Made by a program: the position numbers and the translations under genes
Source of the DNA: Guillardia theta CCMP2712
Taxonomy: Eukaryota; Protista; Cryptophyta
Assembly (NCBI RefSeq): GCF_000315625.1
Contig: NW_005434593.1
Location: 254,915-318,914 of the forward strand
Direction of reading: 5' to 3'
Length of the DNA stretch: 64,000 nucleotides
Notes under the pieces: model-generated
Told to the model about the DNA's origin: nothing
The model's database searches: none
The model's input: the letters and a program-made list of their open reading frames with translations, nothing else
Shown: positions 12,020 through 22,525 of the stretch, piece after piece
How positions within the stretch are numbered: the first letter of the stretch is position 1
Layout: every line of letters starts with the position of its first letter

Positions 12020-12420
12020 GGGGGTGCAAAAGATGAGGGAAAGCCACCCCACCCCTGGTAAAAGCTCAGTCTATGACAACCAGGGGTCATCCATACCACC
12101 CCTGCCTGCCTGGATGATTTCCCTGAAGGGGTTCCTGATTGTGCCCCACCCCCACTTTCCCCAGATCACGACCCCTTTGTCCGATGTAACCCACCCTTGT
12201 CGCCCCGATAAAGATAAAGGAACCCACCACGTCACAGCCCTGTACACCCTTGATAGACCACCCCCTACTCTGATCAGGTGTGAAACCACCCCACCCTGTT
12301 GAAGTGCCTCCTATAATGGAACAGCCCTGAAAGTCACCTTGTGCCCCCTAGGAACTGAAGTCCTAGGCCTCTAGTCCGCGGGGTCCTATGGTGTACAGAA
12401 AAGGATAAAAGGTCACCATC
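12020..12420. promoter_or_regulatory. ACCCC-rich block upstream of copy A
   Basis: Dense CACCCC/ACCCT words, adjacent to a purine tract at ~11580-12000. Confidence 0.4.
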
Positions 12421-12658
12421 ATCCGATTAACTGCTAATGGTGCCCCATGTCGAAAGCCTCTCAACTCAGAGCAAACAGTAGAGGCGACTTTGCTGTCCTG
12501 CACTAGTTTTTGATTGAAGGTCCGAGGTGGGCTCAAGTAAAAGCCGTCGCCCATCATGATGACGATTGATCGTCGTAAAGATAAAGTCACACAGGCTGTC
12601 ACATTCATAGATAAACTCTAAAATGAATCAATAAGATACTCCTTAGCGACCATCCCTA

Positions 12659-15022
12659 TCAGCCTGCGCGGCATCTCTCCCTGCAGTCCCCATAGCACTC
12701 CATCCCTTCCTCCTTCGCCCGCGGCCGATGCTCCTCGCACCTCGTCTCCCCCGTGTACGGCCTCGACAGCGTCTGCAGGTCCTCGTACACGCGGTACCCC
12801 AGGGCTCCCTCCAGCTCCTCGTCAAGCCAGGCCCCCACCTGCTTCAGCGTCGTCGGGGAGAAGGCGCGAGCGTACTCGCCATGCGTGTAGTAGCGGCGCT
12901 TGGACGCCGACTGCGGGGAGTCCCACTCGTACTTGGCGTGGCGGAAGCCGTTGGGGCAGCTGGCGACGCCGAAGTGCATCATGCACTGGGAGAGCTGCCA
13001 GGAGCTGTGCTTCCTGACGAGCTTGAAGTCTCGCTCCAGCCTGGCCAGGACCTTGATGGGGTCGATGAAGAAGTCTCGGCAGGCGACGTGGGAGCTGAAG
13101 TCCAGCTTCTCGTCCGCGACCAGGAACCAGTCTCGCAGCTTCGCGGCCCGCATGGCGAGGATGTTGGGGAACCGCCGCTTCGTGTCCGGGTCTCGGTCCT
13201 CCCACTTCTCACTCATCGTCAGCGGAGGGTCGTACGCTTGGGCCCCGGGCATCCGGCGCTGCACGGACAGCGAGGCAAGCTGCAGCTGGCGCCTCATCGC
13301 CTCCCACGCCTGAGGAGAGACGTCCCAATGCCGCGGCGTCTTGGCGTGGCACAGGAACTTCCCCTCCCTGCATCGCCCCCACGAGCCCTCGCCGTCGTAG
13401 CAGCTCGGCGACGGCGCGAGCTCAAGCCTGGTCTGCACCTGGTAGTTGCTGACGGCCAAGCACTCGAGATCGGGCGAGCTCAAGCCCGGCAAGCCGACGC
13501 CAGCCTCGCGTGCTCGGCTGACCTCTCCGGCGCTCTCAAGGATGTAGTCGGACACGCTCCTCCTCCAGCGCCTCGCGTCCTCGTCGCCGCTCAGCCAGTC
13601 GCTGTCCAGCCCCGTACACAGGAACCTCTCCCCGCACACGGCGCTGCTGTGCGACGGAGGCAAGCAGCTCTCGTGGGGGCTGACGGAGAGGCCGGCGAGC
13701 AAGGGAGCGTTGGCCCTCAGCCCAGGCAGCTCCACGCACGTGTACTCCCTCCCTTGATGCGCACAAGCCGCCCCCGGTACAAAGCGACTCCGGGCGCGAT
13801 CGCACGGGACCACGTTGTCCCCGCGTCCCCATCGCCCCTGACCGTCGTAGGAGGCGGAGACGATGCCGCTGGAGTCCTCGAAGGTCACCCACTCTCGCGC
13901 GAGGAAGGTGGACATGTCGAGGTTGTTGTGCACCTCGGCGTAGAAGGGGTGGCGATGCATGGACTCGACCCACTCGTAGGGGCTGCGGGTGACGAGGAGG
14001 TTGAGGGTCTGGGCCTGGTGCCTGACGTCTGCGGAAGGAAGCAAGTCACCGCCAGCCCTCCTCCTCGACCTCGTTCTGCTGCATCTACGCTCTTCATCTT
14101 CACTCTGGTCTCTTGTCTCTTCCTCTCTCGTCTCGCTACTCTCGAGCGCGTGGATACAAGTAACGGGCGTACCTGCATGCCGCAAGTATCCGTGCTTCCA
14201 TGGTAGGCCTCCGATGACGCACTCGTCGCCTCCCGGGTCGCCGCAGCCGAGGCGGAAGTTCTGTCGGATCAGCTCCGTCATCAACGTAGTGCAGCTGCTG
14301 CGCTCGCCCCAGATCCAGATCTTGTTGATCCGACGCGGGTCGGTGCCGGGCTTGACGCGGCTGCCGCGCCAGTACCTGCCTCCCTTGCTCTTGAAGCGCT
14401 GCCGGTCCCAGGCCACGTACGCCAGGCCGGTAGGGGCGATGTCCTCCTCCATCATCTCGCGTAGCCGCGTCATGAAGGGGGGGCGGAGGACGAGTCGCTT
14501 GTGCCTGGAGGGGTAGAGGAACTTGGCTTGGAGGGACCTGAAGGGCGAGCTGAGGAAAGGGGAAGGAGGGGGAGGGGAGGAGGAGTTACGGACGGGAGGA
14601 GAAGGACTGTTTGAGGCATTTTGGAGAGGGATCTTCAAAGGAATAAGGCTGACGTTTGTCAAGCTGTTGTGGGCATTATGGCTAAATGATGTTTTGTTTG
14701 TCTGATTCTTGGTGGAGATGGTGATTTCATGCCGTGATTCCTGTTTTGCTTCAAGTGTTTGCGTTCCCTGATGTGCCATGGAGCTAGAGGTCGTTTTCTT
14801 CTTGTTTTGGTAGGATGACTTCAGGATCCCTACAGGCAGTATCGTTCCACTCGAGCTTCTGCTTGGACGCATGGCGGTATGTCGGAGCGGAATAATCACA
14901 ACCTGCATGCTTACACAAAAGAACAATACATACAATGCCCTCGAACGCGTTCGGATGTTGAACATCATCTTCATCACCTCAAACTTGTCGCTTGTGGGAG
15001 ATAGGTTTCCACCTTCAGGCAC
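12659..15022 (-). CDS. Type II membrane sulfotransferase-like protein, copy B
   Basis: 12661-14601 is nearly identical to 9153-11093; the anchor and stem are divergent but weakly homologous. Confidence 0.75.
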   Translation of the reverse strand: MPEGGNLSPTSDKFEVMKMMFNIRTRSRALYVLFFCVSMQVVIIPLRHTAMRPSRSSSGTILPVGILKSSYQNKKKTTSSSMAHQGTQTLEAKQESRHEITISTKNQTNKTSFSHNAHNSLTNVSLIPLKIPLQNASNSPSPPVRNSSSPPPPSPFLSSPFRSLQAKFLYPSRHKRLVLRPPFMTRLREMMEEDIAPTGLAYVAWDRQRFKSKGGRYWRGSRVKPGTDPRRINKIWIWGERSSCTTLMTELIRQNFRLGCGDPGGDECVIGGLPWKHGYLRHAGTPVTCIHALESSETREEETRDQSEDEERRCSRTRSRRRAGGDLLPSADVRHQAQTLNLLVTRSPYEWVESMHRHPFYAEVHNNLDMSTFLAREWVTFEDSSGIVSASYDGQGRWGRGDNVVPCDRARSRFVPGAACAHQGREYTCVELPGLRANAPLLAGLSVSPHESCLPPSHSSAVCGERFLCTGLDSDWLSGDEDARRWRRSVSDYILESAGEVSRAREAGVGLPGLSSPDLECLAVSNYQVQTRLELAPSPSCYDGEGSWGRCREGKFLCHAKTPRHWDVSPQAWEAMRRQLQLASLSVQRRMPGAQAYDPPLTMSEKWEDRDPDTKRRFPNILAMRAAKLRDWFLVADEKLDFSSHVACRDFFIDPIKVLARLERDFKLVRKHSSWQLSQCMMHFGVASCPNGFRHAKYEWDSPQSASKRRYYTHGEYARAFSPTTLKQVGAWLDEELEGALGYRVYEDLQTLSRPYTGETRCEEHRPRAKEEGMECYGDCRERCRAG

Positions 15023-15259
15023 ACACAGTGATCTTCAAGTTTGAGGAGGGCAGACTCTGCATCAGGGATGCTCGAATTTCACCTTCATCCGAGGTGACAC
15101 GGGGGACGCAAGATGGAAGGGAGAGACCGATCGAGGGAGGGGAGGGGATGAGAGGGGATGAGAGGAGGGAGGGGAGAGGAGGGGAAGGGGATGAGAGGAG
15201 GGAGGGGAGGCAGGACAGTGGAAAGCAAGACTCGGAGGCTCAAGAGTATGAGGAGGGAG

Positions 15260-16120
15260 ATAGGGGTGTGGGGTGTGGGTAGACAGGGTGGAGGGGGTGG
15301 AGGGGAGCGGAGCAGGGGGGGGGGGGGGGGCGAACAAGGAGGAGACTGTGAAGGATTCGGAAACTCGGTGGACTTGTTGCCTGCCCACCCCCTACCCCCC
15401 TTGCCCCCAAGGTCATGCGTGACTGGAGCACCCCACCACCCCCTCTCCCAATCAGGGGCATCACGTCCCTTATTGGCCGCATCTCCAAGGATACATCCGT
15501 CATCTGAACCAGCCCAGTGTACTGTTCTCACTGAAGATTTGACTTAACTTTGAGTAAAATGTTGAAAGGTTGCTGCACCAGAAAACCGTTGAACCGGGCT
15601 ACAGCAACTTGGCAAGCCTTCGGAAGCCTGCGCCGGTGCCCGGCGGCGGGCCAGTCACGGTGTATCGCCGGGGCACCCGGTACTTGCGGGGACGTATCAT
15701 GGGTGCAGTACTACTTTCCGAGTTCATTAGCGGCTCTGAACTCTGAGTCATCACCGAGTCACGCCACAGAGTCGTGTCAGATCTTTACTGGCAGAGTCTG
15801 ACTCGGCCCGGACTCGAGAGTCCGGGCCTCCCACGGACCGGTCACCAGTGACTGCCGCAGTGGCACCGCCGGGGCCCGGCGGCCGGGCGGCGTGACACTG
15901 ACTCCCGACGGGTGACGCCCGGCGCCCGGGCCGGGCCGCGTACTGAACGCCGTAGTACCGTACGACTCCGGGTCGCCCGCACTGCAGCGCCACAGGCTGA
16001 GTGCCACCCGGGAGCCTGGATCTGATCGCCATGATCGGCGGCCCGGCGCACCACCGTCAGTGGCACGGTGCCCTCGGAGTCCCGGCGGGCAGGCAGCCTG
16101 GGGTTCACAGTGATGAACCT
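15260..16120. promoter_or_regulatory. Full intergenic module upstream of copy B
   Basis: GGGT/ACCC block at 15260-15450; GACTTAACTTTGAGTAAA at 15541-15558; CCGG/GAGTC/GTAC-rich GC block at 15620-16100. Confidence 0.5.
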
Positions 16121-16237
16121 CACTAAATTGTAGACGCCTTTGCTTGTTTGAATATTAATACAACATTAAGACAAGATGATGTCTCTATCACATCGCTGAA
16201 TGGAAAGGAAGCGGCGGCAGATCGGACGGTCAGACGC

Positions 16238-16974
16238 TCACGGGCATTCTCCGGGGGGAAGCATGCAAGGCTCGTTCCCTCCATTGTTGTTGCCCCCATT
16301 CTTGGTCCAGGCGTCCGCCTCGTCGTTGGCGTGTGAGATCTGCGACAAGGCTGAGCGCAAGCAGCGAAGACCTTCAGATCGCCTCACCTCATCTTGGTGC
16401 ATGTCGTCCAGATGCACCATCCTCGCCTGAGCCTCGAGGCCTTTCTTGATGTATTCACTGAGCTTAGGAGACATGTCTTGCCCTGCGTCTCCTCGTCAAG
16501 CCACACTCGACATACAAATCCGTGAGAGCAAACACAGAGTCATTCACAACGAGAGTATAACCATCAAGGAGAGAAAAGGTAAGATCAGGGCTGACATGTT
16601 CGGCATACCTATTCTGACCATTCTGTTCAAATCATCAGCAATTCCTGGGCCAAACCAAAGTTCCTGTAAGCAAAGGAAATTAATATCCTCACAACAGAAA
16701 CGTCAATGCTTCAGAAACCTGCGTTCTGGCAGGCTTCATCATCAGATAGTAAGGACGTTCAGCCCTCAACGTCGTGCTTGAAACCTGGAAAGGATCTTAC
16801 CAAGCGAAAGCCAAAAACAGATAATTACCAGGAAAAAAATAGAAACAATACCAAAACCGATGATCCCAGCAACTATAAAAAAGAGTTGAGAAAACTGTCA
16901 TAGCGTGCAACAGACAGAAATGTTTTGATTGGACAACAGGTTGGAATTTTTTCTATGCCACTGGCTAGGTTCAT
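16238..16974 (-). CDS. Small secretory/type II membrane precursor, multi-exon; start uncertain
   Basis: Splicing gives ..AGIIGFGIVSIFFLVSSTTLRAERPYYLMMKPARTQELWFGPGIADDLNRMVRIGQDMSPKLSEYIKKGLEAQARMVHLDDMHQDEISHANDEADAWTKNGGNNNGGNEPCMLPPGECP*, with consistent intron phases. Confidence 0.65.
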
Positions 16975-17158
16975 AATACTACTTGATATTCCAAGAACGA
17001 AGTATCACGTTAGAGCGCATCTTGGCACCTGACCCTGGCTCCGTACTTACTATCATCCTCCTCTATCCTCCTCACGCTCCTCCTGCTCCCTCTGATCTTG
17101 ATCTCGCTCCCTCTCAAACTTTCCTGCTCTTGATCCTGTTCCTGCTCCTCCCTCCTGA

Positions 17159-17198
<40 letters not shown>

Positions 17199-17865
17199 CC
17201 ATCCTGCTCTGCTCCTCCCTCCTGCTCCTGTTCTCCTCCACCTCCTTCACCTGCTGTCGCCGCCTTCCGCTCCATTGCCGCGACACTTCGTACGTGTACC
17301 ACATCCCCACTCAATCAACTAGTTCCTCAAAGTTTAGTTCAAAGCTACTCTAGTGTTGCTATTGGGGAGTACCCCACCGTACTAACTTGCCATGTACCCC
17401 CCCTTTATACTCATTTTAACCTACCTATTCCAAATATGGGATACTACCCCTACCCCTCCGTGTTGTGGAAGGTGCCTCGTTTCTTTTCCGTTGATTCAAC
17501 GCTCAATGCTGAGATTTTTCCTCCTCCTCTCGTGTTCTTCTTACCCGCTGCTACCCCTGCAGAGCTTCTCACGATCATGATAATGACCATCCCAGGAACT
17601 CATGGCAACATACACTGCTATCGTCCGAAGTTCCATCTTCCTTTTATGTTTGTACTCTCATTGATTCCTTTTTTCTCACACTTTTCCTCTTATACCATCT
17701 TGCCTTCTCCCTCATGGTCATTTTCTCTTCTGAATCTGCTCTACAAATCCATGTATTAATCCTGCATCCTACATCATCCCCTCTGTGCCCGATCCTATGG
17801 GTCCACATCAAAATCTTAGCATGATTGAGCTGTACTGAAGTCTTTCCCCTTGACAGGTTGCAATC

Positions 17866-18176
17866 ATGAGCGACAAGGACGAATTCAAGAGACTCAACGA
17901 TGATCTGTCTCGATTGCTGCGAGCGTCTGTCTTTCCTGGAGCCGTCTCCTCCTTTCCCAAGTCGTCGGTTACCCACGAGATGCTATCGCAAGCGGACCCT
18001 ATGAACGAAGAGTTCCGGTGAGTACCGGCGTATGTCTGCGAGGTGTTCGACTGAGTGAGTGCATCAGCGTTGAGAAGACGCACTTCAGCAAGAAGTACGA
18101 CCTCAAAAACTTCATGGAGGCAGAGTTTGCTAGAAGGAATCTGTTCAAACAGGTTGCCAAGGAGAGCAAGCAATAG
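17866..18176 (+). CDS. Small hypothetical protein absent from the ORF track
   Basis: MSDKDEFKRLNDDLSRLLR...DPMNEEFR | intron GTGAGT..CATCAG | VEKTHFSKKYDLKNFMEAEFARRNLFKQVAKESKQ*; an acceptor-like TTGACAG lies just before the ATG. Confidence 0.6.
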
Positions 18177-18441
18177 CCGGGATATTCTTTTTGTACATAA
18201 TCTTCACCCTAGTGACAACATCTAATTTCTAACAATTTTGTTTGACGGAGCGAATCCTGCCAACCAGAAGCGTCTCTCCACCACCACTCCCCTTAATCTC
18301 GCGAAGAAACGCACAGAAATTCTACAAGTAATACCTACCAAGACCCGCTATGAGACCCAAACGCTGCAATCTCCCTATATGTACATTCTCTCTTCACTTG
18401 ACGACGTGCCCCATCATCTTCGTCAGGATCTTCACACGAAG

Positions 18442-20905
18442 TCAACAACCCTTGTGCTCTGCAAAGAACATTCTTACATGCTCGGGGTTTTCTCCGTGCT
18501 TCCTCCTCGGCACACCACCTGCTCCAAAGTTGTCAAGTTTGACGCATCGAGTGACTCGCTAGCGCTCACTCCACTTCGAGCTGCGGCTGAGCTGGTCAGC
18601 CTGTAGCTGTCTGGCCTCCAGCTTCATCTCATCCAAATTCCGAGAAATCTGCATGACGGCAACCCACTTCTCCTGCGGGAGTGTTGAGCAGGGGAGCAGG
18701 GAGGGCGTGCAAGATGTCAGGCTCACCCCTTTCGTCACAGGCAGAGAGGAGGACAAGGACGAGGAATCAAAATCGTGCTGCCGTTGCCTGCAGCTTGGTC
18801 ACCTTCAAGTCAGGGAGATAGGACTGTACCTGTGAGCAAGGACGTTGTACAGGATGAGAACTGAATTAGAAGGAGGCTTCATCGACAGTGCTGACTGCGT
18901 TTTTCCTTCGACCCCTGTGCCTGTGCCTGTGCCTGGCCTTGCACTTCCCAACCCAATCCCTGTTTCCCTTCCAGATTCTGTTGAAGCTCCCCTTGAATTT
19001 CCTGCTGCCGACCCCTGACCCGCCTCTCCTCCCACGTAAGCCCCTTCGCCTGCCCCTGCTGCCCCTGCTGCCCCTGCTGCCCCTGCTGCTCTTGTCAAAG
19101 TATCAGATTTATCACTTCCGACTCCAGCCTGAGCTCCACTGCTGCGACTTTCACTGTGCATACCAGACCCCTTCGCACCAGGGAATTCAAAGCCCCCCCC
19201 TTCAAAATCTTCGTCTGTGAGAAGACATCAGTGGTGTTAAGCCCATCTTGGCATATCTACTTAGAATGAAGAAGATCGTTGCAAACACGTACTCTCGACT
19301 CTGGTGAGGCCCTTCCGCTCCATGTTTCTTCGACTGCTCGAAAACGTCAGCATCGACCCCAGTCTACTTCATCGAGCTGATCACCTTCGATATCGTCGTG
19401 TCAAAATCCACTCTAGAGCACCCTTCCTCAAACTTCTGCACCTTCAAGGCAAGTTGAGCATCCCCCTTGCAGACTGCAACATCAACTCACCGTAAAAGAT
19501 GCAACGTACTCCCTGGCGACGCTCAGCAGTTCACAAGTACGAGCTGCGAGCAACCCTTCAGCGCTTGCTAGGAGAGGATTGCAACTTCACCGATCCAACG
19601 GGACACAGCTTTGTCTGTCATTGGCAGCTCCGCTATCAGATGTTTCTTCGGATCACGCGTGTCCCCCGGCCGTAACACTCCCCGTTTCAGAAGGGGCCTG
19701 GCAATCTGCTGGCGATCAGAAAGGCAGGTCGCAGGGGCAAAGGACCTTGATAATGTCTGCAACTTCTCCATCTCTCATGAAGTTCAAGACTCTGAGGGAG
19801 CACAACTTAGCCCTCTCCTCTCCCCACCAGCCTTTCATCGTTACCGATGCAACCTAGGTATTGTGGACACAGTCTCTACCTGCGACTGACAGTGACGAAC
19901 GAACATTCTCCTCAAAGGAGCAAGGAAACTCTCCTACCTGTACCCTCCTCTCCAGGTGAGGCACAGGAATCTCAACGAGGAACCCAGGAGGCTCCGCTGG
20001 AAGCACAAAGTGCTCACCGTAGCACACAACATAGACCTGTGAACCCGTTACTGACCGGAACGCCAGAGTGCTGGTCGGACCTTCTCAGGCAGCATGCCGT
20101 ATATCCTCTGACCATTGGGACGAACGAAGTGGGAGACAATGCATCCAAGAGCCGTGCTCAGCTCCTCCCTCATGAGATCTCCGTTGGCCATGTACACGGA
20201 ATGAGGAACTACGGGTAGGGTCTCGGCCGGCCAGCAGAGCAAAGACGCTGGGCACTGCCGGGAGGTCAGGCCCATGCTAGAGCCGACGCTGTAGATCTCG
20301 ACAGCATGAGCGTGTGCCCCGTCGTCTTGGATGCTGATGGAGTAGACGACGTCATTGAATCGCATTCCAATGAAAGAGACGTCGTTGTCTATTGCTATCT
20401 CAGCGCCCTTCCAGCTCCTGTTGGAGAACAGAGTGACCACCACTCCCTTGCTGACTCTCAACGACGAGATATCGGTGAAGTGGAGTGCGTCCAGATCGGA
20501 TATGTTCCCGTAGATCGGCATGCTCCACCCCAGAAAGTTCGAATCTTGGTAGATCACCGCCGGAGCTTTCACGGCACGCCTCCCAAGGAAGAACGTCTTC
20601 CAGTGCGGAGGGATCGGGTCATCTTGATCAGGTCTTGTAATTATGATCATCAGCTGGATCGAGAACGCACAGATCGAGAGAGTGAGAAGCAGGCACATCA
20701 TCCTCGCATCCGATCTTGTCCACCATCCAGCAGTTTCCCTCCCTCGCTTCCTCCTTCCTGACCCCCCCGGCAAGTTCCCCGCCACCTCTGTCCCATCAAA
20801 CCTGCTACCAGCAGCATGGCTGCCAGCATCTCTCCTGCTTCCTCCTCCCGAGCCATCCCCTCCCCCTCCCCCTCCCCCGCCAACGCAGCCATGACGGGGC
20901 AGCAT
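18442..20905 (-). CDS. Type II membrane protein: beta/gamma-crystallin domain plus prolyl-4-hydroxylase-like 2OG-Fe(II) fold
   Basis: TM segment LLLTLSICAFSIQLMIII. Crystallin motif VIYQDSNFLG...ISSLRVSKGVVVTLFSNRSWKG...FNDVVYSI. Spliced P4H-like blocks VETVSTIPRLHRVLNFM..IARPLLKR, VFATIFFILS, EGGGFEFP, LSMKPPSNSVLILYN, LPVTKGEKWVA. Confidence 0.75.
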
Positions 20906-20929
20906 GTCGGGAGACCTGTCCTTCACGGT

Positions 20930-21575
20930 CCGATCCGGCTGTAGCCGCATAAAATTTGAGTGCTCGCTCCGAGGCCCGGGCCGATCATATCCGAGTCGAT
21001 GACAGTGAGCCGGCTCCGAGTCCACCCGGAGTCTTCCCGCCGGCCCGCTCGGGCCCGGGCCCAAGCTCAAGCTCCTGAAATAGATATCGCCACCCTTGAA
21101 ATAAATATTCCGTCTCGGACACTACCAGGGGTCATGACCCCTACCCTCCGAGACCCATCATCCTACCACTGAGCCGAGACTCTCTGCCCCCACCCTACCC
21201 TATCCCTGCGCTGTCCAACTTGGATTCAAGTTGGGTCAGACCGGTTCAGGTCAAGTACCCCCATTTTAGTACCCCTGTCATTCCTATACAAACTACCCCC
21301 CTTATGCAGAAGCAGACCGGTTTCTGGACTGACTCGCTGATAGAGCATGAGGATTCACTGATGGAGAAACCTAAATGGGGTGGGTGATTTTTGGTCAGGA
21401 GGGGGTGAAGGTACTCCAAGGGTGGGTACTTCTCTACATAATGAATTATCAAATTAGGGGTACTGTGAGAAATGGGTAGGGTGCTTTGCAGGAGTCAGTG
21501 AAAGTAAGGGGTGGTGCGATTGTGTTGGGTTGGGGTCTTGTTTTTTTTTTGTTCTATTTCAGGCACGGGGGTTTA
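20930..21575. promoter_or_regulatory. Divergent promoter region: GC block, then an ACCCC-to-GGGGT strand-switching block
   Basis: CCGG/GAGTC-rich 20930-21065; AGTACCCC near 21254 and 21269; GGGTACT near 21424 and 21458. Confidence 0.45.
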
Positions 21576-21965
21576 AAAGGAAGAGGAGCGGCAGGGGACG
21601 ATCAAGAAAGGTGAGCCAATGCACGCCAAGCAAACCTGTCAAACAAAGTGATGTTGTGCGATTATGGCCGGAGCTAAGCGTTGAACGCGCTTGATCGTAC
21701 AAGCATGATGTGTGTAGTAGGAAAGGTTTGAGCGTTCACGATCATATGTTCAAAACACATTATAGAAGTATTGTTGAGTTTCAAGTCATGAACCAAGGCT
21801 CATTAAGGGTCGATGGTCAGATGATTTACGATACGGTGCACAGAGATATTAGACAGAATAAGGTAGAGTCATATGGAAGAATGAGCCTTTGTATGCTATG
21901 TCTGTTGTATGCTGTGTCCATTCATTGAGATCTTTCATGTGATTGATCGTCATTTGCAGGGAAAG

Positions 21966-22127
21966 ATGTTCGCTCTCCTCGCCATGACCATGCTCGATGA
22001 CGTCAACACCATCAACACCTGGGCTGAGCCTCACAACGCCAACGGCATCACCCCCAACACCATCATCGACTCCAACGATGAGCCCCCCTGCAACAACCAG
22101 CAGCGCATGGCTGCCCGTGGCTACTAA
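21966..22127 (+). CDS. 53-aa peptide with strongly biased codon usage
   Basis: MFALLAMTMLDDVNTINTWAEPHNANGITPNTIIDSNDEPPCNNQQRMAARGY*. Codons are mostly C-ending (AAC, ATC, ACC, CCC) in an AT-rich context; TTTGCAG acceptor 6 nt before the ATG. Confidence 0.75.
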   Translation: MFALLAMTMLDDVNTINTWAEPHNANGITPNTIIDSNDEPPCNNQQRMAARGY

Positions 22128-22525
22128 GCGTTCTGGCTAAGTAAAGTCTGAAATTTAGGATCCTGCCCCTGCACCCCACTCTGATCGCTTCTTTTTCTCT
22201 ATCTCTTTCCTTTCGAGAGTCTTCCTCACAAACTGGACCTTATCATCTTGTCAAACTTGCGTCCAGGATGAGCGTGTTGAATTCATGTTGGCTGTTGAAC
22301 TTCCTGCTCAAGACGGAAAATATCAACTTGCACAGCAGTGTGTTATCGATGATATCGAGAACAACAGTATTTGTCTGTTAAACATTTAGACAGTATTATG
22401 TCCAATTGTGTATGATACTTGTAAAAACTTTTATTCAAGACATTTTGCGAACTTACAGTTCTTCAACAGACTGGTGTGCCATTAGCAACAAACAAAAACT
22501 GTACAAAAGACAAAACTACAGATGA

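Noticed and set aside
9220-14206. 492-aa plus-strand ORFs opposite the sulfotransferase-like genes
   Set aside because: Antisense shadows of high-GC3 coding sequence
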